Positions 23,403-35,226 are shown, numbered from the stretch's first letter. The stretch: DNA of 64,000 bases from Leptogorgia sarmentosa (GCA_964658305.1 OZ210884.1:186001-250000), one strand, 5' to 3'. Notes: generated by a model from the letters alone, not told the origin. A program made the numbers and translations.

Positions 23403-26400
23403 ATGAGCTCAACACCTAGGAAGGAGTATTTTACATGGAAAAATGTTGATTATTGTTGTTTATGTGAAACCAGCGACAACTCAGATCGATTTACAAACAT
23501 ATTTAGTGTTCCTGGACAAAGGAAGGCATTGCCGCAAAAAATCAAAAACCTGCTTGGTACAAAAATTACCACGGGGCTCACGGGAGCGTCCTTACGAATT
23601 TGCAGAAGTTGCGAGCTCAAAATTAACAACTTCTCCAAATACAAAACATCTGCGTCGTCTGCCCTCATGGGTTTAAAAGAAATTGTAACTTCAAAACGGT
23701 GCCTGAAATTCTCGCCGCAAAAAGATAGAAAAAGGGCGAACGTCGATTTTTCCAGCTCGGGTGGCGAAAATGAAGATGAAAGCGCTGACCATGCGCCACC
23801 GCCTGCATTGCAGTCTGAGGTTGGTATGCCGAAACTTAATTTTTAAGACAAGTGTTTGAATCACAAATAAATAATGGTATCTATAGCTACTATCGACTTT
23901 CCATTACTTTCCAATGCAAATTCACAGGAAATTCACTGGTCCACTACAGCGAAATATATATAGGGTTATTACACGGTCGTGCACTTACGCATGAGCGCAG
24001 CGAATGAGTAATTAGTAAAATATCATTTTACCACGAGAAAATAAAATTAATATCTTCAAAACCGCCGTATAATTTTCTTATATGGTCGTGAAACCGAAAA
24101 ATTGGTTCGTCGTTCTTGGACAAACGTCTCCATTTTGAAAACAAATTTATTGGGGGAAATTATCATCGATATATTTACTAGTGAAGATATGGAAAATGTC
24201 CGACTGTGTATTTTTCGGTATCTCACTGTCTACTATAATAAAACGGTGTCTCTGTTGTACTTTAGGTGTCAGTTTCTACTGCAATGGAAGTCATTATTTC
24301 TCAAGTCGAGAAAGAGTGCTCGATGCTTTGTTGGAGACAGCAACCGTCAGAACTGCGAAAAAATGACTTTCCTAGCATGAGCACGTTTACCTGGGATAAG
24401 TTGACGGATGAGATGGTCAGTCGTTGCCCTTTGTTGCTGGATATCTTATTAACTGCTATGGGATACTCTAAGGATAATATAGACGAGATCGTCCCACGCC
24501 TTTCCTTGTGCTATGCTATTTTATTGCAGAGCAGAAACCATGAGCTGACGCTAGTGCAACGACTCAATACCATATTGATGACAAATGGTAATGCAAAGAA
24601 GCAGGTATGGTATGTTAAATACCTGGTATTGAAATTATGTGAAAAGTTCAGTTTATTTAACACACGCATAACCGAAAATATAATCAACACAAACAAGATA
24701 CTTGTCAAGCGTGTATTCGAGCGAAAACAATTTTTAGGCACACAAATTTCACCAAAATAATGCAAAATAAATTCAAAACCATATGTTGATGGGTGATATA
24801 CAGGGGGTGGACAAAAAAAAGTGGCCCCCAGAACAATTCGGTTTTTACTGAAAAACATCTCTCTCAAGTAATCGGGAATGCAGAACCCCGTTTGGTTTGA
24901 GTACGACCTAAGCAAATTTATAAATCTTTCAACCTAAGCAAATTTAAATCTCAAAATTTAAATCCTCTTTAAATCTGCAAGGTTGTGGGGCTTGCCGCTT
25001 ATAAACCGAATTGTTCTGGGGGCCACTTTTTTTGTCCACCCCCTGTAAGTCTGAGTAATTAAGACAATTCTAAACATTACTGTATATCATTATATAATTT
25101 TACTCTTGTAACAAGTTGTACATATAATTGTTTTTCAGCTTTTTGTACAGTGCCAGAAAATGGGATTTTGTCTGTCACATACGAGCAAGATAAAGCTTTT
25201 AGATATCCTGGGTAACCACTTTGCTGATAGCGCAATCGATCAAATTCGTCTAGGAAACAATCTTCAAGAAACGGGAGATAATTGGGACATGAAGATACGT
25301 CCCCACGACATGCTATCTACGAATCAAAATGTTGACTTGCACAATTTTGCTTCCAACCTCATCGTTGAACGAGTCCCTTGTGACAATCTATCCAAAACGT
25401 CACCTCAAAAAGACATACTTTCGTTGCCAAACTCAACATTTCTTTTAAGTTCGGCAGAAGTTACAAAGCTAAGGGAGGATTTTAAAGTGTTGGTCGCACG
25501 AATTCTTGTGGCAAACATACCACAATTGTCGTTTCTCAGTAGTATCGTCCCCCAACATATCCCACATATGTATCAACAGGAAATGGCGAGGAAATCAACG
25601 ATCATCCCATTGCCCATGCAAATGAAGGATGAGAAGAAATATGAAGATGTCGTCGATACCTTGGATTCATATGAACAGGAATTACAAGATATTTATGTAA
25701 GAGCCGGTGCCGTACAAAAACCGAAGGGGCCAGAACAGCAGCAGCAGCCACCCGGAATTGTAAATGGCGAATCGGCAACACCAGATCAAGCCGCAGCGCA
25801 CTTCAAGAAAAATGAGGCAAACGACCACATGAACGGGATAGCAGTACCATTCGGAGGAGACCAAATGACTCGAGTTCGGTTTGCGGGTGCCAAGGATTTG
25901 AGAGCCGGAGCACACACAGCGAAACAACGTTTTGATCACTGCAGTCCATTTGTTTCAGAGCTGTTCCATACCAAAATGGCCTATGTACAGGTAAAAATAA
26001 ATAAATAAATGTAAATAACATAAATACATGTCACAGTATTGTGCAACTGTAGGTCTTAATAAATAATACAATTAATGTTCATTATGGGTTAATTCAATAA
26101 AAACCCAAAGGCCATGTTACACGGTGCAATTTAAGAAAAATTGCAACGCAATTCCACTTTTGGGCGATGTGCAATTGGCGAATACAAGTCTTTAATATAT
26201 TTTCCTAATGAATTCTTTACAGATCAAACAGATCAAACAGATCAAACAGTCTTCACTAATTAACATCTCTTAAGAGTAGAATTGCGTTGCAAGTTGCAGG
26301 AAAAATTGCACCGTGTAACATGGCCTTAAATACTACAGCAATTTATTTTTTTAAATGTAGTTCATTTTCAACCTACTGTACAAGTCAGGGTCTGCAAGAG

Positions 26401-27492
26401 AGGTAGGTACATTAAAGTTTTTTCGTGAAAAATACAACCGCCGAAATGTTACTCCTGACAAAGTTGCTAACTCGTATGAAGGAACAGAGCAATTCATCTT
26501 GAGTGTTGGTAAGGCATACCTACTATATGCAGCATTGGATTTCTGGGGAATGGAGAAGTTGGATGGCCAGCTCACAAATCATGTACCTTCCCATGGAATA
26601 CTTCACAAGACAAAGGAAAAGAAAATAGACTACTTCAATGAAGTTATTGGCAACTTTGTAGACGAGTATGTGGTAGTTGATCCAGATAAAGAGTGCAACA
26701 ACAATGGGCAGGAAGTTGATGATGATAATGATGATGAAATTGAGCAAGCAGACAGAGTTAGGTATGTAGGTGTATACATACACACATACAGTGATATATT
26801 AAATAATTCTAGAATTTGATATACAGCATATTCATATGTGTTACATTTTACACAGGGCATATGGATTGAATGTCATAGAACTTACAGTTTTCCTCATGCA
26901 GTTAATTGATACTTGTAAAGAAGGGGATGGTGAACGGAGTATGATCAACAAAAAGAGGCTGTTAATGTACTTCAAGTCATCATCATCTTTTCAAAATTAC
27001 TCGATAGCAATGTTTACTAGCATTGCTCAAGTTGAAGCACTGGTTTCTGAAGAAATGGCCCATCGACTGACATGGGGAAGATTCGTGAATTGGCATGGTG
27101 GTGCTGGCAAAAATATAGCTTGTGACATGGCGCAGGAAATATGTAATCGAACAAGCAAGGATGTTGTAAGGGGTATGGGAGCAAATAAAACGAGAAAAGC
27201 TATGATGCGGGCATCCAAAGCTTCTGCTGGTGTTTTCCAGATTGTGCAGCAAGTATGCAACACAACAAAGATCAAAAAGAGCTCTCAAGCACACACCCAC
27301 AAAAATAACGATGATGAGATTCTGATGCTGCAAGACCTGCAGAAGTTAAAGCCTTTTGAGATGAATCCTGGCAGATATCACTTGAATTTTAAAAATATGC
27401 AAGTCTCTCCTACTAGTACAGTTGATATGGCAAAGCTGTTCAGTTGGCTAGAAAAGCACAAGAAGCAGATTGCAAGGGGAAAACTTTCATAG
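23403..27492 (+). CDS. Academ-type (DUF6589-like) transposase, 5 exons: 23403-23819, 24266-24604, 25139-25990, 26361-26761, 26856-27492; 881 aa
   Basis: All introns GT-AG and phase-compatible; N-terminal CCLC..ICRSC zinc finger; GDNWD, PFGGDQMTRVR, ELFHTKM, KEGDGER, GKNIACD motifs. Confidence 0.82.
24801..25045. mobile_element. Tc1/mariner-type MITE in transposase intron 2
   Basis: TIR cagggggtggacaaaaaaaagtggcccccagaacaattcggttt; TA TSD. Confidence 0.85.
26110..26325. mobile_element. PIF/Harbinger-like MITE in transposase intron 3
   Basis: TIR ggccatgttacacggtgcaattt. Confidence 0.75.
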
Positions 27493-28529
27493 GTTGGGAA
27501 CACATAATAGGGGGGATGAACAAACATGTGTCTTGCCATGACAAGAAAACAGATTGCAGGCTTATAGTATAAAGTTGCCATGAATAATTAGACAAGTAAA
27601 TATAAATCTTAAAATAGAAAAAATTTGCTTTGAATTTTAAGATAACTCAGGGTTAAACTAATCGGCATTTGAACGACCAACCCCTGAACTTTTAAAGCAT
27701 TTATATTCCTGTGTATGAATTTCAGTTGTATTCAGTTTATGTAGTAATTCTAACGAATATTTGTAAATAATTCCATATAATTTATCATATTTAGTAACCA
27801 ATTCGAAAGTAATGCCTGTGAGATTGTGACAAAACATACATTCATAAGTATTGTGTATAAAATGGCCAGTTATTGTGGATTTACTGTTACTACATTGAAT
27901 ACGATTTCAAGGTATGTTAGTAACTACTTGGTTTTCATTTGTAATCGTAGAACAGCAACAACAAATACATGTCTTTCGTACCTTATTAATACTTCGTTGT
28001 CGTTTGAAACATCCCATTCCCATGGCATGGGACCATAAATGTGCTCGGCGATTACTTCGGTAATGATGGCATAACATCAGGCAGATGTAAAGGCAGCTGA
28101 CGCGTGTTCGACGTAATATATAAACGTTGAATCACAAAAAAATAAATGAATATGAATAATCTGCGGCACCCCTATTGACCGCCATTTGCCTTTCGTGAAC
28201 TTTTCGTAGCTCCCCTGTCTTTATTTTCATAAAACCTGCTCGCAGGCTAATACTCCAAGAATCATGGAGTATTAGCCTGACACGTGACCAGAGTTTACCA
28301 GGGCCTTCGTTTCCTTCTGTTTTCTCCGCCGTTACGAAGGCCCTGGGTACGAGGTTGAGTTGATTCGGGCTTCGCCCTCATCAACTATCACCTCATAGAA
28401 ATCTCGAGCTCGTAATCTAATTGTTAAATAAACGGTTATATTAAAATCATGACGTCATGGTACGTTAGCTCTATATCATCTAACGCTCACCGCTTTAAAG
28501 AATTTGAAAGTTTTCTAGTTTATAGGTAT

Positions 28530-28597
28530 GGAGCGGCCAGATTTGAATCACCGGCCTCTCGATCTGCAGTCGAATTAATGCACCGAGCTACACTCCT
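28530..28597 (-). pseudogene. tRNA-Cys(GCA) pseudogene
   Basis: Degenerate match to the other Cys copies. Confidence 0.6.
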
Positions 28598-28725
28598 TGT
28601 GTAGACTACTAGGTTAATTACGTACATATTATTTCAAACACAGCTATAACCAATTCACGGAGCTCTTTTTTTCAATTTTACATTCAAATACAAAATCATT
28701 CTTGGCATGTTTTACAACCTTAATT

Positions 28726-28771
28726 CTCTCCCGCGTGGCAGGCGAGAATTCTACCACTGAACCACCAAGGC
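28726..28771 (-). pseudogene. tRNA-Gly(GCC) 5' fragment
   Basis: Matches the 33057 copy; 3' half missing. Confidence 0.65.
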
Positions 28772-29053
28772 AAAGTTGCTCCATTCTTTCGTTATAATGT
28801 TAATATTCCCCAAGTTGCCGAACATTTGCACCAAACTCATTCAAATAATAAATCAGAGTAAGTTCTAGGAAATTGTTACACTTTAAACATGATCAACAAA
28901 ATGATTTTCTTTGTGGAAAAGCAAAATCCTGTCAATAAGGACTTAAATACAGAAAACTCCAAAAGGATGGGTAAGAGGGATAGAGCTAGTATAATAGCAG
29001 TGGTTTTGCTAATTTCTCGAATTGCATATTTTTCCCTTCTCTCGCAAGTATTA

Positions 29054-29125
29054 TTCCCATGCCGGGAATCGAACCCGGGCCTTGGCGGTGAGAGCGCCAG
29101 ATCCTTACCACTGGACTACATGGGA
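29054..29125 (-). tRNA. tRNA-Glu(CTC)
   Basis: Cloverleaf, loop CTCTCAC, GTTCGATTC. Confidence 0.88.
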
Positions 29126-29221
29126 GAAACATTTATCTTTTCTCGGAATGTGAAAATAACAATAATATTTTTAATTTGAATTTGGAAGAGAATGTCGAGA
29201 GAGAGCGTGGCCAGGAGTGCT

Positions 29222-29294
29222 TGACCTTGAAGTGAATTGAACACTTAACCTTCTGATCTGGAGTCAGACGCGCAACCAATTGTGCCACAAGGTC
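29222..29294 (-). tRNA. tRNA-Trp(CCA)
   Basis: gaccttg/caaggtc stem, loop CTCCAGA. Confidence 0.78.
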
Positions 29295-29702
29295 ATAGCG
29301 CTGTTGAAATGGTTTGGTTTCAGAGAACGAGTTTGAAAATGTGAACACAAGCTGCTTCAGATTGAAATTTCAGAAAAAATTCCCACGCCGGGAATAGAAC
29401 CTGGGCCACAAAAGCATATTCTGTTAAAAGCTCCTTTGCCCAATAACAAAATCAAGGACTTAAAATCAAGAATTTAAAAAACGATACAAAACTAATAATT
29501 ATGTACATTATGAAACAATTTGGGGGCATTATTCCTGAATCTTTTGTTGCTGGAATTAATTCTTTATTAATCGTCCCAACAGGTAAAAGAGGTTGATAAC
29601 GGAAAGTATTAATTTTACATTTTTTCCGTTATGGATGAAATTACGAGTTTTCCCAAAATATGGATAAGAAACGTGAACTTTTGAAATTTATATTAACTAT
29701 TG

Positions 29703-29752
29703 ATTTTCGCCTTGAGTGCGAGAGGTCATGGGTTCGATTCCCATGCAAGCCC
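29703..29752 (+). pseudogene. tRNA-Pro 3' fragment
   Basis: gcgagaggtcatgggttcgattcccatgcaagccc. Confidence 0.55.
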
Positions 29753-29858
29753 TTAATTAACCAAGTAAGACGTTGTATTATTTGAAAGCTTCCGTAAATC
29801 CATAGAAAACACCGCCCAAATTTACCATCATGACGTCTGAATAATATCACAACAAACA

Positions 29859-29932
29859 CGTCCCTGGTTGGACTCGAACCAACAACCTTTCGGTTAACAG
29901 CCGAACGTGCTAACCGATTGCGCCACAGAGAC
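29859..29932 (-). tRNA. tRNA-Asn(GTT)
   Basis: Loop CTGTTAA, GTTCGAGTC. Confidence 0.85.
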
Positions 29933-30099
29933 CGACTCCTTTGAAATCCTTCCGAAAAGAAACAAAAAATAATGGATATTATTTTTGTTCAAAATCTGAT
30001 TTTTAGCCAAGGCCATATGCAACGGCAACAATAAACAGAACTTCAACGGTGACGATGCCCGCAATGGTGATTACAATATTTTTTGGTGTTTCAAACAGA

Positions 30100-30171
30100 T
30101 GCCGTGACCAGGATTCGAACCTGGGTTATTGCGGCCACAACGCAATGTACTAACCACTATACGATCACGGC
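30100..30171 (-). tRNA. tRNA-His(GTG)
   Basis: gccgtgatcgtatagtgg, loop TTGTGGC. Confidence 0.9.
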
Positions 30172-30282
30172 GACGTCGTTGGAAGATTGGAAAGTGTTTT
30201 GGAAAGGCTGAGATATTATATTAATGCCCAATTTTTCTCCGTCAGTACAAAGTACAATAGAAAACATTTTGTTACCATCATT

Positions 30283-30354
30283 GGCTTGCTGGTCTTGTGG
30301 TATGATTCTCGCTTTGGGTGCGAGAGGTCACGGGTTTGATTCCCGTGCAAGCCC
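30283..30354 (+). tRNA. tRNA-Pro(TGG), possibly degenerate
   Basis: Loop TTTGGGT; T-loop GTTTGA. Confidence 0.7.
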
Positions 30355-30476
30355 TAGTTAATTAACCAAGTAAGACGTTCTCTTTTTTGAAAGCTTTCGT
30401 AAATCCTTAGAAAACACCGCGCAAAAAATTCGGTTACATTTACCATCACGACGTCTGAATAACATCACAACACACA

Positions 30477-30500
30477 CGTCCCTGGTTGGACTCGAAGCAA

Positions 30501-30544
<44 letters not shown>

Positions 30545-30550
30545 AGAGAC
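30477..30550 (-). tRNA. tRNA-Asn(GTT)
   Basis: Loop CTGTTAA; one T-stem mismatch. Confidence 0.75.
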
Positions 30551-30793
30551 CAACTCAAAAACCTTCCCAAAAGAAATATAAAAATAATGGATATTACTAT
30601 TTAATAACAAACACTCGTGAGTTTTCCGAAGACCGCAAATAGCACTCGTCCTTCGGACTCCAGCTAGAAGTTGAAAACTTTGCTTTAAAAAAGTTTCTTT
30701 GAGAACTTCTTTTTATAACTTTTCTCTTTTTTCTCCTTATTGCATGCTATTACACCAAAATTTTGCCAAATACATTCTGGAAATATGCTCTTC

Positions 30794-30863
30794 CGTAGTC
30801 GGCAGGATTTGAACCTGCGCGGGAATTTCCCAACAGATTTCTAGTCTGTCGCCTTAACCACTC
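30794..30863 (-). pseudogene. tRNA-Ser(AGA), 5'-truncated
   Basis: Loop CTAGAAA, long variable arm; 5' acceptor strand deleted. Confidence 0.7.
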
Positions 30864-31042
30864 AAATAAATTTTCATTCTGCGAGTAAAATCCAACAAAA
30901 TATTTTAGTAATCGTTTTCAAGTATTGGTGGATAGATTTAACACGAATCGTAGTATATGCATCTCAACTCTTTGGGTCGCATATTCCCCATCAGCCTGCT
31001 TTAAAGACTTTGAAAGTTTTCCAGTTTTTAGGTAGGATGAGA

Positions 31043-31116
31043 AGGAGCGGGCGGATTTGAACCACCGACCTCTCGATCTGCAGTCCATTGCTCTACCACT
31101 GAACTACTACACTCCC
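31043..31116 (-). pseudogene. tRNA-Cys(GCA), degenerate
   Basis: Loop CTGCAGA; small insertion near 5' end. Confidence 0.65.
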
Positions 31117-31336
31117 TGTGTAGTCGACTAGGTTAATTACTTACATAATTATATACTTTCAAACGCAGCTATAATCAATTCACGGACCTCTGTTTTTTCT
31201 ATTTTACATTCAAATACAAAATCATTCTTGGGATGTTTCATAGCCTTAATACAAATAAAAAACGCGACTTCTTTCCGTTGTTTTGTAGATGGAAAACTTA
31301 GGCATTGAATCTGTCACTTTAAACACTCAGCTGCCA

Positions 31337-31733
31337 GCAGAAAAAATTTTTGGGATCACTTCGCGGCTTGGTTACCAAGCACTGATCCAATTCTGAATCT
31401 ATTAAAACAGAAAATATTGTCTTTTCTTTAACTTTTTGTTTTTCTAATCCTGGCCCAAACAGTAATTCTGACACTAACAACAAAATGCTGAGAAAAAAAA
31501 CCTTGAAAGAAAACAAACAAAATGACAAAAAAACAAAATGACCAAAATGCACACGCGAGAATCGAAACTACAGGGTCGCTACTGGCGAGTCGGGACCATA
31601 TAGTCTGAGCTAACGAAGCTCGACAAATTTGGCGGTAAAAACCTTTTATGTGAAGAGAATGTTGCAATACGTAATGTAAATGAATGAATGCTTAGTAACC
31701 AAGCGACGAAGTGATCCAAAAAAAAATTTCTGC
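31337..31733. mobile_element. MITE with 9-bp TSD (same family as 59903-60296)
   Basis: TIR gcagaaaaaatttttgggatcacttcg; TSD cagctgcca/cagccgcga. Confidence 0.7.
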
Positions 31734-31832
31734 CAGCCGCGACCACCGAGAGCACAACTTCCTGTCATCGAGTTTTTCCCCAAAATAATTCATGTTTATC
31801 CTCGAGGCCAAAATGTTAAAGACTTGGCATTA

Positions 31833-31919
31833 CGTAGTCGGCAGGATTTGAATCGAACCTGCCCGGGAAACTCCCAACAGATTTCTAGTCTGTCGCCTTA
31901 ACCGCTTGGCCATGACTAC
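31833..31919 (-). pseudogene. tRNA-Ser(AGA), degenerate
   Basis: Loop CTAGAAA; 5-nt duplication in T-loop. Confidence 0.7.
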
Positions 31920-32241
31920 GTTGCTACGTCCAACCTGTTTCACGTTGTTCATTAATGAACATTCACATCCATCTTCAACTGACCTACACACTCTCAGCGC
32001 TACACTCTGAACAATAGAAACTTTCTATTTTGAGGTCTTTGCAAAACTCACTCGTGCAAGTTAATTCCAAATTGCACTCGAACCATTCTATTAGCAATAC
32101 TTATTTTTTTCCCAAACGTAGTGAAATGGTGGAAAGATATGAAACTTCAACTAAAATATATAGAATGCTACCTACCTGTGCAGGAACATGCCTAAACTTG
32201 CCTGAAGGCACATTTTACCTTCAGAAACGCGTGTCAACCTT

Positions 32242-32311
32242 GCGTTGGTGGATCAGTGGTAGAATCTCACCTGCCTCCCTTGAGACCGGGGCTTGATTCA
32301 CAGGAAACGCA
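32242..32311 (+). pseudogene. tRNA-Gly(GCC) pseudogene
   Basis: Degenerate copy of 33057. Confidence 0.55.
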
Positions 32312-32395
32312 GAATGTTTTCATTTTGTTGCATTTCAATTGCAACTCGAGAAAAAATGTGGGTTCGTAACACAGACATGATCTTGAAATTGTAAA

Positions 32396-32467
32396 CCCCA
32401 TGTGGTCTAGTGGTTAGGATCTGGCGTTTTCACCGCCATGGCCCCGGTTCGATTCCCGGCGTGGGAA
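32396..32467 (+). tRNA. tRNA-Glu(TTC)
   Basis: Loop TTTTCAC, GGTTCGATTCC. Confidence 0.78.
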
Positions 32468-32553
32468 TTTTTTCCGAAAAATTCAATTTGAAGCAGCTTG
32501 TGTTCACATTTTCAAACTCATTCTCTGAAGCCAAACCATTTTAACAGCGCTAC

Positions 32554-32644
32554 GACCTTGTGGCGCAATTGGTAGCGCGTCTGACTGCAGATCAGAATTA
32601 AGGTACAGATCAGAAGGTTAAGTGTTCAATTCACTTCAAGGTCA
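32554..32644 (+). pseudogene. tRNA-Trp body with GCA anticodon and 18-nt insertion
   Basis: ctgactgcagatcag followed by duplicated cagatcagaa. Confidence 0.65.
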
Positions 32645-32738
32645 AGCACTTCTGGCCACGCTGTCTCTCGAAATTTCTTCAAATTCAAATTAAACATATT
32701 ATCGCTATTTTCACATTCCGAGAAAAGATAAATGTTTC

Positions 32739-32810
32739 TCCCATGTGGTCCAGTGGTCAGGATCTGGCGCTCTCACCGCCAAGGCCCGGATTCGATTCCC
32801 GGCATTGGAA
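32739..32810 (+). tRNA. tRNA-Glu(CTC), some stem mismatches
   Basis: Loop CTCTCAC. Confidence 0.72.
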
Positions 32811-33056
32811 TAATACTTGCGAGTGAAGGGGGAAAATGCAATTTGAAAAATTAGCAAAACCATTGCTATTATACTAGCTCTATCCCCCCCCTTACCCATT
32901 CTTTTGGTATTTTCCGTATTTAAGTCTTTGTTGTCATGATCTTCCTTTTCCGCAAAATCCTAGAACTTATTCTAAATTTTTATTTGAAGGTGTTTGGTGT
33001 TAATGTTCGGCATCTTGTGGAATATGAACATTATAACGAAAAGATTAGATAACTTT

Positions 33057-33127
33057 GCGTTGGTGGTTCAGTGGTAGAATTCTCGCCTGCCACGCGGGAG
33101 ACCGAGGTTCCATTCCCCGCCAACGCA
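33057..33127 (+). tRNA. tRNA-Gly(GCC), T-loop variant
   Basis: gcgttgg/ccaacgc stem, loop CTGCCAC. Confidence 0.72.
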
Positions 33128-33172
33128 GATTAAACTGGCTTTGTAACACAGGAATAGTGAACAAGTTATCAC

Positions 33173-33234
33173 TCCCATGCAGTTTAGTGGTTAGGATCTG
33201 GCGTTTTCGCCGCCATGGCCCGGGGCCAATTCCC
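33173..33234 (+). pseudogene. tRNA-Glu(TTC) pseudogene
   Basis: 3' end lost. Confidence 0.6.
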
Positions 33235-33373
33235 GTATTATCACGTGTTTTTAATGAAATACACTCACTCCAAAAAATTTGTTTCAGGTCACACTTCCCA
33301 TACAATCTCGAGAGTTAACTGCATACTTTGTAACCAATTACAAAAAAGGAAATGGATGAACACTTATTCACAA

Positions 33374-33458
33374 AGCCTCTTCAGAGATTTGAACTCTAGA
33401 CCCCTGGTTTCCTAGCTGTTTTACTAGACCAGTGCTCTAACCCCTGAGCTGAAGAGGC
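33374..33458 (-). tRNA. tRNA-Thr(AGT) with 12-nt insert at the canonical intron site
   Basis: CT-AGT-A[aaacagctagga]A-accag; 85 nt = 73+12; U8 is C. Confidence 0.55.
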
Positions 33459-33674
33459 AACTTCTTCCCCATTGAAACTCAGAATATAAATCCAATTACG
33501 AAGTTAATTAAACTTAAATTCCCGTATTATCACGTGTTTTCATGAAATAAACTCACTTCAAAAATTTTGTTGCTGGTCACACTTATACAATCTGAAGAGT
33601 TAATTGCATACCTTGTAACCAATCACAAAAAGGAAATGAATGAATTCTTATTCACGATGAATACTTATTTACAC

Positions 33675-33747
33675 AGCCTCATCAGAGATTTGAACTCTGG
33701 ACCCCTGGTTTACGAAACCAGTGCTCTTACCCCTGAGCTAATGAGGC
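33675..33747 (-). tRNA. tRNA-Thr(CGT)
   Basis: Loop TTCGTAA, gcctcat/atgaggc stem. Confidence 0.78.
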
Positions 33748-33898
33748 GACACGCTAAAATCTTCCTAGCATGCTTTTTTCAACGTAGTACTCTTCCAATA
33801 GCTTCTTTATTTCACCCGTTTTTAACTCACAGAACAGCACATGGAATACCATCTGGGCGTTTGTCTTCCACGTTCTTCAAAGTTTCCGAAGGAAATAA

Positions 33899-33982
33899 AG
33901 CCTCATCAGAGATTTATCAGAGATTTGAACTCTGGACCCCTGGCTTACTAGACCAGTGCTCTAACCACTGAGCTAATGAGGC
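33899..33982 (-). pseudogene. tRNA-Thr(AGT) with 11-nt duplication in the 3' region
   Basis: atcagagattt duplicated. Confidence 0.65.
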
Positions 33983-34114
33983 ACCTCCAAAGCTTGCTGT
34001 AGAATTATATTACTTTCTTATCCGGCACTGATGTCATGTTTCAAAATGGTAAAAATACGAGTGAAGATTATGCACTTGTTTTCATTCTTTGTAAAACTTT
34101 ACCATTTAGTCTTT

Positions 34115-34727
34115 GGCCCCGTTTACACGGCACCACATAAAAATTTTGTCCGCATAAACTTTTGTACTGATACAAATATTTGCCAGATTGGGTCCCCGTT
34201 TACACGGTGCGGATCAATTATTTCAGTCGTTGTTCGACAGAGTACGGACATTGCTCGTGCGTTGCTCGGGCGTTACTCGGACTTCAGCGGCAGCGCCACA
34301 TTTGACATTTCTATTTCGATGAAAATTGGATTTTAGCACTAGTAAAGCCATGTTAAGCATCTCCACACCAGAAATAGTTAACAATAGTATTGTAGTAAAT
34401 AAAAATACAAATTTTTTGTTAAAAGGATTCATTTTTCAGACAACTGCGCTATATTAAACGAATTAGAAATGGCTTAAGTGATGTGTTGACGTAACTTTAT
34501 AAAAGGAAACTGGAACGAATCCGTACAAATATTTGTTCTGATTGGCGTTCACACGGCACCGGACAAATATTTGTCCGGCACTAGTACGCTTTCGTGGCAG
34601 GTTGAAAATTTGCACGGATAGGTAGTCAAAAACTTGTCCGGATAGGGTAGTGCCGTGTAAACGCAAATCGTATCAGCACGATTATTCGTCCGGATACAAA
34701 TTTGTCTGGTGCCGTGTAAACGGGGCC
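34115..34727. mobile_element. PIF/Harbinger-like MITE
   Basis: TIR ggccccgtttacacggcacca; ttt on both flanks; internal TIR-like repeats. Confidence 0.85.
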
Positions 34728-34839
34728 TTTGATTGATTTATAATATCGAATATATTTCAAGCTGGCAAGCGGTACTCTCAGTTCCACTTTAAAATTGTTT
34801 CGCATTTTCAAAACAAACTTTTTCATGAGGATACTTTTG

Positions 34840-34912
34840 AGCCTCATCAGAGATTTGAACTCTGGAACCCTGGTTTACTAGACCAGTGCTTTAACCACTG
34901 AGCTAATGAGGC
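34840..34912 (-). tRNA. tRNA-Thr(AGT)
   Basis: Loop CTAGTAA, no insert. Confidence 0.78.
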
Positions 34913-35153
34913 AAATTCTTCCATTTGAAACTCAGAATCCAATTACGGCGTTAATTGCCGATACAATCAGAGGCCAGTTGTACGAAATTCGGGTATTAAC
35001 TTTATCCACTGTATAGTGATTTTTTCAACAGTTGTAAAAATAGACAAAATGTTGTGAAAGTGCACATATGGGCGTGGCAATCAATAAATGAAGCAGCTTG
35101 TGTTTATATTCTTATACTCGTTCTCTGAAACCAAACCATTTTAACAGCGCCAC

Positions 35154-35226
35154 AACCTTGTGGCGCAATTGGTAGCGCGTCTGACTCCAGATCAGAAGGT
35201 TAAGTGTTCAATTCACTTCAAGGTCA
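35154..35226 (+). tRNA. tRNA-Trp(CCA)
   Basis: Loop CTCCAGA. Confidence 0.78.

Larger units (their letters stand above)
7010..24550 (+). repeat. Tandem segmental duplication: copy 1 7010-15669, copy 2 15670-24550
   Basis: Identical ORFs at offset 8660, then 8879 after the extra 219-bp unit; junction gagctga-cg-acaaaatat. Confidence 0.95.
20350..28357. mobile_element. AcademH-like DNA transposon, apparently complete (~8 kb)
   Basis: TIRs 20350-20434 and 28279-28357 (identical except a 6-bp ccctgg duplication); head-to-head RecQ helicase and GDNWD/GDQMT transposase. Confidence 0.85.
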
